Below, in pieces: positions 62,320 through 64,000 of a stretch of DNA of 64,000 bases (position 1 is its first letter; every line of letters begins with the position of its first letter). The position numbers and the translations under genes were made by a program. Where the stretch lies: the NCBI GenBank assembly GCA_964036045.1, contig OZ038378.1, positions 199,392,001 to 199,456,000 of the forward strand, given 5' to 3'. The notes beneath the pieces are model-generated. The model saw nothing but the letters and a program-made list of their open reading frames with translations. It searched no databases and had not been told where the DNA came from. This DNA comes from Eutreptiella sp. 'Long Island Sound 2002' (taxonomy: Eukaryota; Protista; Euglenida).

Positions 62320-62720
62320 TCTAAGCAATGGGCTGCTGAGACAACCGTCTTCAGCTAACCAATCCGCTTCTTCGCTTCCTTGAATACCTACATGTGACAG
62401 TACTTTAATCCATTCTACGCTTGTGAGTGGGAGTCCAGCTCTTGAAGCCGGTCCTTCCAGAGCTCCACTGTGCTGCCGGGGCCTCTCGAGCCAACCCAGT
62501 TATTGAGAGCCCACTTTCTAGCTTTCCTAATGGCATCGAGGTGCACCGTGGAAGAATCGGTACAGAGAGCAAGTTTCTCAGTTGGGAATTTTTTCGAAAT
62601 TTGGATAGCAGCAAAAATTTTGGCTATATTGTTTAGTCCGTCGTATGTGTGTGGGTCGATGGGCTCCAATGGCATGTGAGCCTTCGGAATAAAATAGCCT
62701 CCGACATAGAATAAATAATA
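62320..62720 (-). mobile_element. RNase H domain relic of an RNase-H-bearing LINE
   Basis: GLNNIAKIFAAIQ...LCTDSS...WALNNWVGSRGP..VELW, then WIKVLSHVGIQGSEEADWLA. The catalytic Glu is mutated. Confidence 0.8.
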
Positions 62721-62743
62721 TATTACTACACCCCTCTCCCCTT

Positions 62744-63275
62744 AAATCTAGCTAACAAGCAAGCAACAAGCAACAAGCAAGCAAGCACGCCACGCCTCCG
62801 TTTTGGCTGTTACTCCGTTCCACCGCCTCGGGCTGTACTCTACTCTAGCCATCTCATACCCCAAGTGGTGCCCCTGCACAATCCAAGTTTTGAGCCAAAA
62901 AGTCACCGGTGGCGCCCCAGGGCGGGGGTGCCAAGTCGGGAGGAAACTGCGCATTTTGTGCCCCAAAACAGCCTTTTTTGGCCCAAAACGGCCCCAGAAC
63001 CCAGTCAAAACGACCAAACGAAGGGAAACGGATGCTACACTTTACATGTGCCATGATTGCCCCGTGACAAAGAGCCATTTCTTGCCCTCTAACTCCACGT
63101 TATGTCCGAGAAACAGCCCAAAAATGGCCAAAAATGGCCCCGATTGCGCGCCGTTGGTGTCGAACAACCCCATAACCAAGAACGGGCCGTATCTTGGGCT
63201 ACGTGGCTTAAAACTGCATTCCAAGGGTACCTAGTCCACTCACAACCCCCCACTTTTTGTGGTTTCCAACCCTCA
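62744..63275 (+). repeat. Dispersed ~500-bp repeat, copy 2
   Basis: Collinear with copy 1 (7225-7719, minus strand). Confidence 0.85.
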
Positions 63276-63404
63276 GAACCACCCAACGAGACGCCTCGCC
63301 CCTGTACCAGTGGTCGGTTGGTGGATAAAGGGGGCAGCCCAGACCGTGCACGGTGGGGGCCAACGGTGGGTCCACCGGGGTCCCCGGGGCGAAAAAAATG
63401 ATTT

Positions 63405-63950
63405 TTTCCAAAGTTGTTCCTAGACCATTTTTGGTGCTCAAACAAGTGTTTTTAGCCGGTTTTGAGCTGGTGGTGACGCGTTTTTGGCCGATGGAAAATC
63501 CCACAACACCTTGAAAATGGGCCGTTTTGGGACCAAAAATGGGTCAAAAATGGGTCAAAAATGCATTTTTCCAAAAGCGATCCTGAACCATTCGGGAAGC
63601 TCAAACAAGTGTTTTTAGCCTGTTTTGAGCCCGTGGTGATGCGTTTTGGGCCACGGAAAATCCCACAATGCCTTGAAAATGGGCCGTTTTGGGACCAAAA
63701 ATGGGACAAAAATGGGTCAAAAATGTGTTTTTCCAAAAGTGATCCTGGACCATTCGGGATGCTCAAACAAGTCTTTTTAGCCCATTTTGAGCTCGTGGTG
63801 ACGCGTTCTAGCCCATGGAAAATCCCAAAATGTCTTGAAAAGGGGCCGTTTTGTGACCAAAAATGGGTGAAAATGCGTTTTTCCAAAAGTGATCGTGGAC
63901 CATTGGGGGTGCACAAACAAGCAAAATGAGCCTATTTTGAGCCCGTTTTC
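63405..63950 (+). repeat. ~150-162-bp tandem satellite, 3.5 units
   Basis: Units start ttttccaaaag near 63406, 63567, 63729 and 63879. Confidence 0.9.
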
Positions 63951-64000
63951 ATCAAGTTTAGCCCCTTCCGCCACATGTATGCACCAAGTTGTACCCTTCG

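Noticed and set aside
63405-63950. CRISPR array (also considered for 59745-60285 and 24010-24235)
   Set aside because: Whole units are repeated or degenerate, with no constant repeat plus unique equal-length spacers and no cas genes; eukaryotic context.

Overview
Eukaryotic, intron-rich and repeat-rich genomic DNA. A euglenid-like protist is inferred from the degenerate GT-N-C donors, a VIPER/TATE-type YR retroelement and many poly-G/C MITE-like repeats; this is not proven. Three spliced genes can be reconstructed with phase-consistent GT-AG introns. (1) A GGPS1/BTS1-like polyprenyl diphosphate synthase on +, 14834-18699, 5 exons, about 373 aa. (2) A bacterial-type GH20 beta-N-acetylhexosaminidase with an N-terminal TM anchor on -, 55658-38021, 6 exons, about 699 aa. 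(3) The 3' part of a gene on - encoding a putative glycosidase-like N-terminal region plus a C-terminal FGE/sulfatase-modifying-factor domain, with exons at 61410-61213, 57510-57121 and 30937-29729; its 5' end was not found in the window. The main observation is that the whole GH20 gene lies inside a 26,183-nt intron of gene 3 on the SAME strand, with splice phases compatible between the two genes. The rest is TE debris: a decayed YR retrotransposon (YR upstream of RT/RNaseH), LINE fragments (RT, zinc finger, RNase H), hAT MITEs with exact 8-bp TSDs, tRNA-derived SINE heads, possible piggyBac/pogo relics, microsatellites and a ~160-bp satellite.
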